Source: Felis catus | Taxonomy: Eukaryota | Assembly (NCBI RefSeq): GCF_018350175.1 | Contig: NC_058368.1 | Span: forward strand, 47,988,001-48,052,000 | DNA length: 64,000 nucleotides | Direction: 5' to 3' | Shown: in pieces, positions 32,641 to 45,000 of the stretch | How the letters are laid out: every line of letters starts with the position of its first letter | Numbering within the stretch: the stretch's first letter is position 1 | The notes under the pieces: generated by a model | Told to the model about the DNA's origin: nothing | Databases searched by the model: none | Seen by the model: the letters and a program-made list of their open reading frames with translations, nothing else | Position numbers and translations under genes: made by a program

Positions 32641-33429
32641 TTCAAAAGACTTCAGAGACCAGTCAGAAGGCTGTGATAGTGTTCCAGTTGTACTTGTGTT
32701 GTAGTGACATTGGGGAGGTGTAACACGTGGTTGATTTTGGAGGCACAGCCCAGTGTATGTGTCTTTTATATTTCCTAGCATAATGTGGCATATACAATGG
32801 ATGCTTTGTTGAATGGATGAATGTTTGGAGAGGGCCGTAGGGGGAGAAATATCTAAGTAACAACAGAAGGCCAATGATACATCAAACTTTGGTGCCATGA
32901 AATATTGACTTTTGAATTTATCAGTAGTTGTTGACTTCTTGATGGATGCTACTGTGGATTGTAGTCCAAACTTGTAACATCAGCAGCGATAATGCCAGAC
33001 TAATTCCTTGCATTTCACTGTTCATCACAATGCAATGCGGAAAAAGAGGATTTAATTTGAGGTGAAAGATATTGTGTAATGGAGAAGTAAGGGTAGCTTT
33101 ACTTTTAAGGTAATCCCTTTTCTATACCTTGATATCTTCCCATCATTGCCTCCACTTGTCCTGGTGATATTTGTTAAGTTATCAACACCTTTAAAAAAAA
33201 AAACCCAAAATCTAGAAATTAGAGGGTCAATATCTTTGTAGTGATGTTCATTTGGGAGCAGAAATGGAAATCATGAGATATGGAACCTACTCTCTGCAGG
33301 ATCCATCTCATTATCCAAGATATAAGGACACCATAGGAGTTGCTGAGAATTGCTTTCCATATTTAGATTTCTGGTTTGTTAGAAATTAACTGCATCACAA
33401 TAGGTCTACGCTCTGTTTCTGGGAAGCAG

Positions 33430-33575
33430 CTGGCATGGAAGGGAAAGAACATATTCTCTGAATATCAGTTTATATCCTGGTTCTCTTGCTTACTGCATGA
33501 GCTTGGGCAAAACCCTTCATTTCTGGGTTTGGTGTGCTAAGCTGCGATATGGTGGCAGTAATCCACTGCTTTCAG
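33430..33575 (+). mobile_element. MIR relic
   Basis: ATCCTGGTTCTCTTGCTTACT...GAGCTTGGGCAAAACCCTTCATTTCTGGG. Confidence 0.5.
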
Positions 33576-34599
33576 AAAATAACTGCCTTTCAGTATAATT
33601 TATACAGGAGATCACCTATTTAAAGTAATTCAAAACATGGTCTCTTTACTTCCTTTCCCTTTTCTTTCCTGAGGAAGTAGTTGTCAGGTGTAATTTTATT
33701 GCTTATCAATATTATACTTGTTGTATGAACATAGAGGGGCTGTAGTTCTGTGGAAAAGTCTCACCATGGTGCTAAATTGGGTGCAGGGTTCTGGCTTCCC
33801 TTTAGGACATACATGGATAACCAGCATAGCCAAGGATTAAATGAGTGGATGGTTTTCTGTGATTATGCCAGAATCTTAACCAATGATAAAGATATACGAC
33901 CTGGCAGAAGTAAAAGTAAAGGTTATAAGTACATTTGGATGAAGGCTACCGAGACTGGAAAAGGATTGACCTTCCATTCAGATGCGAGCTTTTGACTTGG
34001 TTGCACTTTGCTTCCTCTCCAAACTGGCACTTTATTTTCAGCCCTCAAATAAAGAGCAACCATTTGATTTTGTAATGTAAAAACTATTATTGCCCTTAGG
34101 AAAAGGATTACTGAACTTTCTGTACCTAGTGTTTATGCCTTTAATAAGCACAGTGTTTCCAAGAGAATTGAATGCCTTTTTGTACTGTGATGTTTTTCTA
34201 CCACTACATCTGAGTTTTGTACCTTAATGTCTGGGAAACTTGTTTTTATAAATTCACAGAAACCTGACAAACAGTAGGAATTTGTTCTCTGTCCTGTAGA
34301 GATGGGCAAATCCCTAAAGAGCTTGTTGATCTCATGCTAGCTACTTTGCTGTGAGCCAGGCGCCTTTCTTTTCTAAGGGAAAGATTTATACAGGGGAATA
34401 AGGTTCATGGGAAATAGCAGACTCAGGTAACTGCAGTGTTAACAGGCAGCACCACATATCATGGGTTCATCCACTTACCTATGGAAACTCTTCCAGGCTC
34501 TAACATTTGATTGTGCTTTACAGGTTGCATATAGTATTGCATTTTGATTCCAACTATGGCATCATAAAGGGCAATGACATACAAAGACCTGGTACTCTC

Positions 34600-34980
34600 C
34601 TAAATATTAAAAGCCGAAGCACGAAGAGGAAGAGTTTAAGTGTGGGGCAATGAAGCTGGAGAGAAAAGCAGGAGTCAGATGACAAAGTGTTTTGTGTGCC
34701 AACTTCAAGACTTTAAACTTCATTCTAAGAAACTTCAGGAAGGTAAAGCAAAATCATGGGAGGTTTGCATGTCAGGACGTGAGGTTTTCAGTCATATATT
34801 TTAGATATGTCTTTCTTGGGGCTCTACGGAGGTTTGATTTGAATGGAGAAGGCTGGAAGCAGGGAGACCAGGTGGGTAGTTGTGGAGAAATTCAAGTAAA
34901 CAAAGAGGAAGTCTAGAAGTGAGTACGATAGAGAGGATAGAGAAATTGGGACAGAGTTGAGTGAGTGAATGAATGAGTGA
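34600..34980 (-). mobile_element. L2 relic
   Basis: GAAGCTGGAGAGAAAAGCAGG...GACTTTAAACTTCATTCTAAG...GGAAGCAGGGAGACCAGGT. Confidence 0.6.
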
Positions 34981-35099
34981 GGAAAGAGTGGTAATGAAAT
35001 AAAGGCAGTTGGAAGATATGGCTAATTCACTCTTTTGGTTAGACAATTTCTTAACCAATCAATAGATTAAACTGTGTTGAAAGAAAGATTTTTGTAGTT

Positions 35100-37660
35100 G
35101 GTGTCGGCAAGATGGAGTAGGAGATACCAGCCTTCATCCCCCCTCCCTCCCTGCCCCCTAAAGAACAACATTAGGCAGCTATCCACAAAAGAAAATAGCC
35201 TTGGGAGGGCTCAAGAGTCCAACCAAGGACTTAGAGCAACACGATGGAGCCAAAACAAAAAAGGAAAAGAAAAAGAAAAAAGGATAATAACCGCACAGAA
35301 AGGATCACTGAGAGATGAGCTTAGCTGAGCTATCCGGAGGTGGCTAGGGACCAAGAAGATGGGGTAATCAATATCAGTTGCACAGCACGTACCATAATGG
35401 CCCCGGTGGCCTGCTCTGCAGAGGACTCTGGGCAGCCCCGCAACTGAGCCCCCACGGCAGCCAGACTCCCCACAGCTTTCACAGAGGAGAACCTGGTGGT
35501 ATTTGTTGGCACAGACCCAGTGGCCTGCTCTTCAAAGGACACTGGCAGTTTTTGGCGCTGAGGTAACCAGCAACTGCCACAGTTGAAAATTCCCCAGAGA
35601 AGGAGTTGCTGCGGTATGTTCTCTAAAATGAGCCGCTCTTTTACCACTCTGGGACCTGGGCTGCGCCTCAAAACCCTGTGCACACGTTGGATCCTGGAGC
35701 CACAGCTGCTGCACAGGCACCCCATTTCACGACTCCAGCTCTGTGGCTGCTGTTTGTGCACAGGCACTCCAAACAGTGGCTCAATGTCAGGCATCAGAGT
35801 TACCCCTGCTGGAGGTCAGCCAGTGCTCCAGAGCCTGGAGTTGCTGTCACTTCATGTGCACTTGCACTCCAAACCCCAGCTCTGTGGCTGCTCTGTGGAT
35901 ACCCATGCATCAGATACCAGTGCCACCACCACAGCTATGGTGTCAGTGAGCCAGCCCCAGCCCCTACAGGGATTCCCTGAGGCCCTGACATTCACTGTAG
36001 GAGAAATCTCCAGCAGCTTTCATAACCAAAGACCCCAACCGCCCTAGCTCCTTCTGTGGACACCCACAGTTTTAACATTGAGGACCTTGCAGTCATTGCC
36101 AACACTGACATTAGCTGACAGATCTGCACAGAGACTATACCACTGGGCCTTTCCCAGAGTGGGAACTGCTACAAACAACCCAGACAGCATCCTCACACTT
36201 CACCTGCAGGTGAAGGTCTTTACTCACCAAAACCAATTCATAAAGTTGGAAAGTGGCAACTACTCAAACAAATGTACAGACATCAGCAAGAAACATGAAA
36301 AATCAAGGAAACAAGACATGACCATATGAACACAATAACTTTTCAGTAACTGACCTCAAAGGAATGAAACCTACAGCTTCCTGGATAAGGTATTCAAAAT
36401 CATTGTTTGAAGGAAGCTCAACGAGCTGCAAAAGAACACAGATATTTGACACCAAAAGCAAAGGCAACAGAAGCAAAAATAAACAAGTGGGACTATATCA
36501 AAGTGAAAAGCTTCTTCACAGAAGAAATAGTCAACAGAAATGAAGAGGGAACCTATGGAATGGGAGAAAGTATTTGCAAACTATTAGATAAGGGGTTGGT
36601 ATCCAACATATATAAGGAACTCCCACAATTCAATAGCTAAAAATCAAATAGTCTGATTTCAAAATGACCCGAGTAGACAATTTTCCAAAAAAGACATATA
36701 TANNNNNNNNNNNNNNNNNNNNNNNNNNNNNNNNNNNNNNNNNNNNNNNNNNNNNNNNNNNNNNNNNNNNNNNNNNNNNNNNNNNNNNNNNNNNNNNNNN
36801 NNNNNNNNNNNNNNNNNNNNNNNNNNNNNNNNNNNNNNNNNNNNNNNNNNNNNNNNNNNNTAGTGCACTGGTGGGAATGTAAATTGGTACATCCACTGTG
36901 GAAAATAGTACAGAGGTTCCTCAAAAAATTAAAAATAGAGCCACTATATGATCTAGCAATCCCACTTTTGGGTATATACCCAGTGGCATGATATCTATCT
37001 TAAAGAGCTATCTGCACTCCCAGGTTCATCACAGCATTATTCACAATAGCCAAGACATGGAAATAACTTAAGTGTCCATTGATGGATGAATGGACAAAGA
37101 AAATGTAGTATAAAATTGACTATTTTCTAGCTATAAGAAAGGAAAAAGACCTGCCATTTGGAAATCCATGATATCATGGATGAACCCGAAGGGCATTATA
37201 CTAAATGAAATTAGCCAGACATTGAAGGAAAAATACCGCATGGTATCACTTATACGTGGAATGCAAAAAGAAAAAAAAAAATCGAACTCATAGAGTAGAA
37301 TGGTGGTTGCCCATGGCTGAGGGGTGTGTGTGTGTGGGGGGGGGGGTGGGAATGGGGATTTGTTTGTAAAGGGTACAGTCTTGCAGTTATGAGTAGGTTT
37401 TGAAGATCTAATGTACAGCATGGTGACTGTAGTTAACAATACTGTATTATATACTTGAAATTTGCCGAGAAAGCAGGTTTTCAGCATTTTCGGTGCACAC
37501 ACAAACACACACAAAGGTAACTACATGAGATGATGGATGTGTTCATTAGCTTGATCGTGATAATCACTTCACAATTTATATGTTTACCAAATCATCATGT
37601 TGTATGCTTTAAATAAACACAATTGTATTTGTCAATTATACCAATAAAGCTGGAAAAAAG
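35100..37660 (+). mobile_element. L1MA9-like element with both ends but a large internal deletion (5' UTR, ORF1 start, ORF2 C-terminus, 3' UTR)
   Basis: CAAGATGGAGTAGGAG start, GC-rich 5' region, ORF1 start ATGAAAAATCAAGGAAAC, fused near 36445 to ORF2 (TPKAKATEAKINKWDYIKVKSF), L1MA9-type 3' UTR ending AATAAAGCTGGAAAAAAG. Confidence 0.88.
36703..36860. other. N-run (158 N) inside L1 ORF2
   Basis: Directly visible. Confidence 0.98.
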
Positions 37661-38174
37661 AGAAATATTTTCAGGTAATATTTACTGGGGGTGTTCGGTT
37701 TAGTTGACTATAGCCCCTGGACACAGCTTCTTTTTCAGTCATCTTCAAGACACTGCTTTATCATCATTCAGAATTTCTTTGTAGCTGATTCCCCCTCTGA
37801 AATAACAAATTTTATTGAAACCAATGAAAGGAAAATGAAAAGAGATAAAATACTGCATATTTATTTTACTTCTCTGTCTACTGTGATTTCTTTTCACCCC
37901 AATAAGTTTTTAATGCTTGTAACAGACTTCATTTCTTCTTACTTTCACATTAGGGAAAAAAGGAGATCTAAATTGAAAGATACAATAATAGTAGTACATT
38001 TTTTAGATTATAAAATTTAGAGGATAGCAGATCAGATCTGGTATGCTTGGTGTGGAATTAACATATTATTTGGATGTTTTCCACCTTGTGCCTTCCATAG
38101 GAAATATTTACAGTTTCAAATTTATACTCTTGAGCCACAAGATTACAAATGAAGGAGTCATATCATCTGTGAAG

Positions 38175-38510
38175 ACCAGATTGCTGGAGAAAATAGGGGA
38201 GATGCTGGTCAAAGGGTACAAAGGTTGAGTATAAGGAATGAATAAGTTCTTGATATCTAGCAGTCAGCATGGTGGCTATAGTGAATAATACTGTATTGCA
38301 TACTCAAAATTTGCTGAGAGAGTTGATCATGATTGTTCTCCCCCCCACACACAAAGATGTAACTATGTGAGTTGATAACTAGATATGTTAATTAGCTTGC
38401 TTGTGGTAATTATTTCACAATTATTTGCATATCAAAACATCACATTGTATACCTTAAACGTATACAATTTTTATTTGCCTAGTAAACCTCAATAAAGCTG
38501 AAAAAAATAA
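38175..38510 (+). mobile_element. L1MA9/MA10-like 3' end
   Basis: GGAGATGCTGGTCAAAGGGTACAAA...GCATGGTGGCTATAGTGAATAATACTGTATTG...TCAATAAAGCTGAAAAAAA. Confidence 0.85.
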
Positions 38511-39084
38511 AGAAATATAAACATCATCAAAAGCTAAACTATTTACCATAAATGAGGTGCATAAATGCCTGTCAATAACCCACAAAATAACAGTAAATTT
38601 TAAAAAAAGAAAGAACATACATTGCGATGCATATAGTAGGCATTAAGCAAAATTGTATCATCACCCATGTAAGAAACATATGCTGTGAGCAAATTATTGA
38701 GTTGGGGTCAAAAAAGTTGAGAAGTAAGTCCAAAAACATATAAGAAATGGTTCTTTCCTTCCAATGTAGTTGATGAGACATATATATCAATATACATTAT
38801 CTGACAGACTAGAGTGGGATAGCAATACAAGCCAACATTGCAAGACACCAAGCAACTTATGGTTGAAAACCAAAGGGATGATGGTAACAGTAAATGTTCA
38901 AGAGGGAAAGAAAGTTATGTGGGTCCAAGTGGTTTAGGATGGGTTCCATAGAGTTGGTACAGATGGAGAGGAAGGGAATACAAAGATAGAGACATGACAG
39001 TTTGTTTTTGTGGAAAGGAGAAATAGAGAATTGCAGTCCAAAAAGTAGGTTGGTGTCCAAGGGTAAAGACAATCTATCTTAGAT

Positions 39085-39215
39085 ATTAAGAGCCGCTTCT
39101 GAGTCTTGGGTTTGAATCCTAGAACACTTCTCACCAATTTTCTTTGGGCAAGAAGGCATCTTGCTAATCGTCAATTTTCTCCTTTATAAGATGTGGCTAA
39201 TAATGGTTATTCCTT
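39085..39215 (+). mobile_element. MIR relic
   Basis: CTTGGGTTTGAATCCTAG...CTTTGGGCAAG...TTTTCTCCTTTATAAGATG...TAATAATGG. Confidence 0.65.
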
Positions 39216-39399
39216 AGAGGTGTGTGTGTGTGTGTGTGCACATGTACTAACTGACATAACGCATAGATTGCTTGGTAAAGTGCTATTTAGTGAATGGCAA
39301 ATGAAGGAATGTGAACCATGTGTGTCCATAGGTAACCAGGGATGGGTTTTGATGTGTTCAGTGACATCATGAAAGCTGCCATAAAAAAGCATGTTAGGA

Positions 39400-40260
39400 T
39401 AATAATGTAAAAAAACGACTGCGGTAAAAAAGGACTGGGGAGGGGGATGGAGTTACAGGCAAGGACAGTGCTTAGGAAGCTATTACATTAAATCTATCAT
39501 GAGCAATTAAATACCCAAATTATAATGGCAATAACAGGGATCGAAAACAACAGCAAGAGAGGGTTAGATTTAAAAGCTTTTGCGCAGAAGAAAAATAGGA
39601 CTTCGTGTCTGATTGAAAATGGATTAAGGGACTAAAGGTAAGGGGAAATTTACATAGAAACTTCTGAAAGTTTATGATTCTCTGACTCAGGAAATGGTGA
39701 TATTTTTAATAGAAAAGTGTGAGGGGGCAGCCAGTTTTCAGAGGGGAAAGGTGGGGCTTGGTTTTTGATACATTGTTTCCCAGTTAGGATGTAGAATAAA
39801 ATTCCTGAGGTACAGTTAAAGAGGCTCAGAGGGCAGGGCTACCGCTGGGAGAATCTAGAGGAGCAAGAAAGGAACCTGCAAAGAAGGCAGGTGAAAAACC
39901 AGCAGGGGTAGAAGGAGAATCCAAGGGATGTAGTAAAAACACACCATAGAGGAGGGAGATGCAGCCTGGTGTGCTGGGTCTGACCTGCAGGTGACACCAC
40001 AAAGGTGCCTACCAGATGGACTGAGACTGCAGTTATCGATACAGATGCCATCCCTTACTTTTCAATAGGCTGTTTCAGAAACAGTATGGGTTGGGAGTCC
40101 AAGGTGAGGTGAGATCAAGGCAGAAAGGGTAGAAGGCGACAGGTGAGAAGTTTGGCCATCAAAAGAAGCAAACTGTAGGCAGCAGGAAAGCAGATAGGCT
40201 TTCAAGATGCTTTTGGAAGGTAGAAGAGACAGAACAATTCGACGGGGGAACTTAAACATG
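39400..40260 (-). mobile_element. L2 relic
   Basis: Purine-rich antisense L2 with GTCTGATTGAAAATGG...ATGGTGATATTTT...CAGCCAGTTTT...GCTGTTTCAG. Confidence 0.5.
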
Positions 40261-40559
40261 AGGAAGAGGGGATCATCTCAGAGAGATGATAGAATGGGAA
40301 AAAGGCAAGGAACTGGGATATCCCTACTTATTAGATAAGAAGAAAGGAAAAACTGGTGGGTATAGAAATAGGTATTTTGAACTGGGACTTGCATTGGCCT
40401 TGGAAAAAAATGAAATTTGAAAATGAAACTGGGAATTGTCTCCAAATTGAAACTGAAAAAACAGGAGGCCACACAAGGAAAATGAGGGAAGTTCTAAGAA
40501 AGAATCATGGTATTTTGGCCATCTTTAGAGTAGTAAAAGAACAACAAACATCACGTCCA

Positions 40560-41200
40560 ATACTGTAGGGTGAGCAAAGGCCTGGCCAACTATATTAACC
40601 AGCCGTAAGTCATGAAGATGTCGGCACCTCATCAAAGAATTTTCAGATAAATTAACAAGTACAATAGCAAATTCAAGGTAAAATGGTACTAGGGAACAAG
40701 GTTGCTTTCAGTGATGGACTGTCCTACATTGTGAAGGCAGGGAAACTTGGCATTTCCTGATGGGGTGGAGCTGTGAGAGATTAGGAAGAAACAAAGAGAG
40801 AAACAAAGCCTAGTAGAGTACAACAGCTCAGAGTGTTTCAATGTCAGTCAACAATCAGTGGCATTGCCCAGAAAGAACATTGAAACAGTGGAAGTGATCC
40901 AGAGAGTAAGAAATTGTTATTTTCAAACCAACCAATTAGAAAGTGACATGACAGCCTATAAATAGGCAATATGTCAGCATTGTATCATCAAACATCCTAG
41001 GTTGACAACTCAACCAAGCGAACAAAATGTTAGGGTGGGACTGGCCATCGTGAAGAGAATCTGCTGGTCAAGCCAAAATAAATACGATTACATGTGACAT
41101 TTCAGAATGGCAAGGCTTCAAAAGAATAGCAGATGAAATAACCCTTACTAATAATGAATGAGAAGAGAAAAATACCCTGGGATGATGAAGAAAGACAAAT
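40560..41200 (+). mobile_element. Highly decayed RTE-clade LINE remnant (post-RT C-terminal region)
   Basis: Conceptual translation with frameshifts gives VLHCEGRETW (cf. LLYGSETW) and LGW/TGH...PK*IRLHVTFQNGK (cf. LRWAGH...PKQLLYGELSQGK); manual alignment only. Confidence 0.4.
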
Positions 41201-41479
41201 AAAAGAGAAGGCAGACTTTAGATCAATAGTGGCTTAAGAGCAAGGACTGCATTTCAAGAAAGCTGTCATTTACTCGTTCTTTGTGCCTGAAGGTCCAAGT
41301 CTGTAACTGGCGATAGGAGATGTTTCTTCTGCCTTAAATGGCAGTGGGGTCCTATGCAATCGTTTCCCATTTACAAAGGAATACAGCTGAAATGATGATG
41401 ATTAAGGTCACGGCTAGCTTTGAAGTTCTGTGATACTTGATGTTGAGGCACACATTTTCGTGTAAGAACCTGGACACGG

Positions 41480-41650
41480 TTGGATATCAGAGGAACATTG
41501 CTTTAGGAATCAGAAGAATCAGAAAGCTTGGATTCCAGTTTCAGATCTGTGTGATTGTGTATCTTATGACACGTCATTTGATTTCTCAGTATCTCAAGTG
41601 CCTTGTGTAAAATAACAAAGAGAGGCTAAGTGCTCACTGAGATCTTTATT
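41480..41650 (+). mobile_element. MIR relic
   Basis: GCTTTAGGAATCAGAAG...TTGGATTCCAGTTTCAG...TTTGATTTCTCAGTATCTCAAG...TGTAAAATAA. Confidence 0.5.
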
Positions 41651-41829
41651 ACATTTAAAAAATCTGTGTTTCTACAAGAGTAGGGAACCACACTATTGAC
41701 TGCCTAAATAATAAGGTTGTTCTTTGCCAAATAACATTAGGCTTAGAAACAACTATTTGTGGGTGACAGAGCCTTTCTAGAAAATTAAGACTTCCTATGG
41801 AGAAGGGATCTGATGCTAATGCAAAAGCA

Positions 41830-42870
41830 CAGAGATAGCACTAAAACCATTGGGCTGAATAAGGTGACTTCTGGAGTGAGTGTAGATAGAAGGGTCTTCT
41901 GAAGATTGAGCCCAGCTTTACAACTTCAAGGTGGGGGAGATCTAGCAAAGGAGATGGGGACCAGCCTGTGAGGGTATAGGAGAACTAAGAACAAATAAAG
42001 TCTAGGTGGCCAAGGAGAGAAAGCATGTTATGGAGGAGGCAATGTCGTCAAGTGCTATTGATCAGAGGAAGATGGCGGTTGAGAACTGTCCATTGGACTT
42101 GGTGATGTGGGGTCATTAGTGACACTGATAAGAGCAGTTTCATGGAATGGTGGGGGATGAAGGCCTGACTGAAGTAAGTCGAAAGAAGAAGAGAGAAGAA
42201 AATAGAGCTAACAAGCACAGAACCCTTTCAGTGTGTTTTGCAGGAAAGGGAAGCAACCATTGAAAAAAAGATACAAAGTCAGGAAGTTTCGTTTTGTTGT
42301 TCAATGAGAGTTATTCAGTGAGAATGATGCAGTAGAGTAGTAAATTGATGATATAGGAGCCAATAGATAACAACAGAAAAAATAACTAAGCAAAGTCATT
42401 TCAGATTGTAGTAAGTACTGTGGATATAAATAGGATATGTTAGCTAGGGAAGCATCGGGATCTCACTTTAAATAAAGTGGTTAAAGAAAGCCTTTCTAAG
42501 ATGTTTGAGATGAGATCTGAAGATTTTTCTACTTGCTGTTGAGGGGGAGGCGGGGAGAGAGAGAGAGAGATTGAGAGAGGGAGAGAGATTGAAAGAGAGG
42601 AAGAGATTGAAGGAGAGATCGATTGCAGCGGGAATATAAAGTACAGATGACCCACTTCAGCTTGGAATATGTGCAGTGTAGGGAAGGGGGTCAGTATGGC
42701 TGAAGAAAAGGGAAAAACAGAAGTGATGCTGAAGAGTGGGCAGGTCCCAGATCTTGTCATTGTTTGTAGATCATGATGGGTTTAGATTTTATTGTAAGCA
42801 CAAAGAGAGGTCCCTGGAGGATTTTGAACACGAGCATATTTTAATATGATCATTAATAACATTGTTAATA
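41830..42870 (-). mobile_element. L2 relic(s) with a (GA)n-rich tract
   Basis: GAGAACTGTCCATTGGACTTGGTGATGTGGGGTCATTAGTGACACTG...AGGGAAGCATC...GAAAGCCTTTCTAAG...GATTTTATTGTAAG. Confidence 0.65.
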
Positions 42871-42899
42871 ACAATTTTATCATCTTGCATTTTTAAAAT

Positions 42900-43055
42900 A
42901 CTTTATAAGTGCTGAATCTCTTAAGTGGAAGCTCATGGAGCTCACGTCATTTGCTTGAAGGCTTAGCACAGACTTGGGTGCTGAGCTCAGTGGGATGCAG
43001 AGCAAAGACTCAAACCCAGTTCTATCACTTGCAAAGCCAGTGATACTTTTCCATC
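42900..43055 (-). mobile_element. MIR relic
   Basis: CATTTGCTTGAAGG...GCAAAGACTCAAACCCAG...CAAAGCCAGTGATACTTT. Confidence 0.5.
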
Positions 43056-44494
43056 ACTCTGCAGTCCACCATTTTCAGCTTTTGCCCATACTCCCCACAC
43101 TCAAATCTGTGGCCCTGTCAATACCGCCTCTCGACTGAAACTTCCTATTGTTTTTCCCTTGCTCTTTTCTTTGATTTTTGAACACATCAGGATTAACCCC
43201 AGGCATAGAAGATATACTTGAAGAAGCTTGTTTTTAATGACAACATTATTTTTATTGGTAAACTAAAATATTTGATATTTCAAGCAGAGTAGATTAAGAC
43301 TTATGTCAGATATATAGGACAGGATTAATAGGGGACAATAGTTTTGATTAAAATCAGTACACTGTGATTGAAACATCCGAATCATATTTTTAAAGTCAGT
43401 AGCATAGTTCTTCACTTGAATGTATTAAATTCTTAGGTTAGTTTGCCAGGCATTTTGATCATTATTTTTTGGCATAATCCAATGAGCAAAAGGACCCTCT
43501 TCAATCTTTGAAACAGAGAAAGGATTTCCAAACTAAAGTCCATATTTTAATCAATGTTTACTTAAGGAAGACTTGCTTATCAATCTTTTAGATTTCTGCT
43601 TGGAACTAGTTGCATGTGATTTCTTTCGAAATATAAAAAGCATTTACCATAACATAGAATGTGAAGATAAATATTAGCCAGGTCTTCACATAGTCATAGG
43701 GCTGATCTAAGTGAAATCACTCTACGTGGCTCAGGCACAACAAAGGATTTACCTGTAAGGCTACAGTCAGAGTTAAGTGGCTAAAAATGTCCCATTGGTT
43801 CAAGTGGCTCCAACCTATTAAGATGTCCCCAAATAGAAGAGCTGAGAAGTCAGGTTGTCACCGTCCCCACCACGGAAACGGGCCAAGGTAAATCAAACTT
43901 CCCTAATATTTTAATCACTTCCAATCAGCTACAGTCACACAGAAACAATATTATTATTATGGCTTTACTCACGGCAGAAAAGTTTAAGTTGTTGAAGATT
44001 TAGTGCAAGATATGACCATCTGTACCAAAACATTCAGTTTACATGCAGACTGTTGAACGTTTGTTTTAGTGGGGCCATAAAATAAATGCAGCACAAGATT
44101 CCTCTGTAGTGTAATTTTTATCACCTTATGTAGGAATAAAATAGTTTCTTTTGAGTTTAAAGGGCTGACATCAAGAGGCAAGAGGGAAAAAACGCCTCAC
44201 CCTAAAACTAATTGTTTTGCTTATTAACATAGAAGAATAATGCACAGCTACAACCTTTACTGTACATAGATTACAAAATTAAGGAACTACTTTTACAGTA
44301 AGTCAAATTGTTAGATCATATTTTTATACCACTAAATCCTAGTAATATAAAAAATAATCTGTCAGGAAATCTACAAATGATTCAACCGCAAGTTGAGACT
44401 TGGAAACAAAAAGAATTGCATAGTACCCACCTGTATCAGCTTAGCTCTAATTATATAGATGGAATTATGTGTTATTTTTTTCGTTCAGTAACCA

Positions 44495-45000
44495 TTTACT
44501 CAGTTCAATTCAATAGGTAATAATGGAGAACCTACCACATGCAAAGCCCTGTGTTAGGCACCACTAGAGAGGCACAGATAAGTAAGACACGGTCCCTGTT
44601 CTCAAGGAGTTTACAGTCCAGTGGAGGAGATGGATGAGAACACAACTAAACCTAACATAGGTCTGGCTGTGACAAATGCTGCAAACGAGAGTATAAAAGA
44701 AAGTGCCATTCGTTTTGCCCAGAGGATTCAGGAGGGGTCACAGAGATGAATGGTGCGTAGAACTTCTCCAGACAGAGGGAACAGAGGGCTTTCCAAGTAG
44801 AGGAGCACTATGATGGAAAGTATTTAAGTTTGACTCGAGCATGGAGTCCTGATAGAGGGGGCATGGATAGAGATGGACCTCTGTGGGAGAGGAAAGATAC
44901 TGGAACTGAGGTAGAGGCCAGAGCCGAGTGAAGCCTTGATGGAGACAGGAACCAGAGTATACACAGTGGGAATGGAAATGAACCAGGGACCTTGTGGGTC
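44495..45000 (-). mobile_element. L2 3' end
   Basis: ATTCAATAGG...ACCACATGCAAAGCCCTGTGTTAGGCAC...GACACGGTCCCTGTTCTCAAGGAGTTTACAGTCCAGTGG. Confidence 0.75.

Noticed and set aside
33750-33995. 81-aa ORF in unique sequence
   Set aside because: No flanking splice signals or recognisable domain; length is within chance expectation
35330-36047. Several long overlapping ORFs (up to 154 aa) on both strands
   Set aside because: They fall in the GC-rich L1 5' UTR, where stops are rare; no protein family is recognisable
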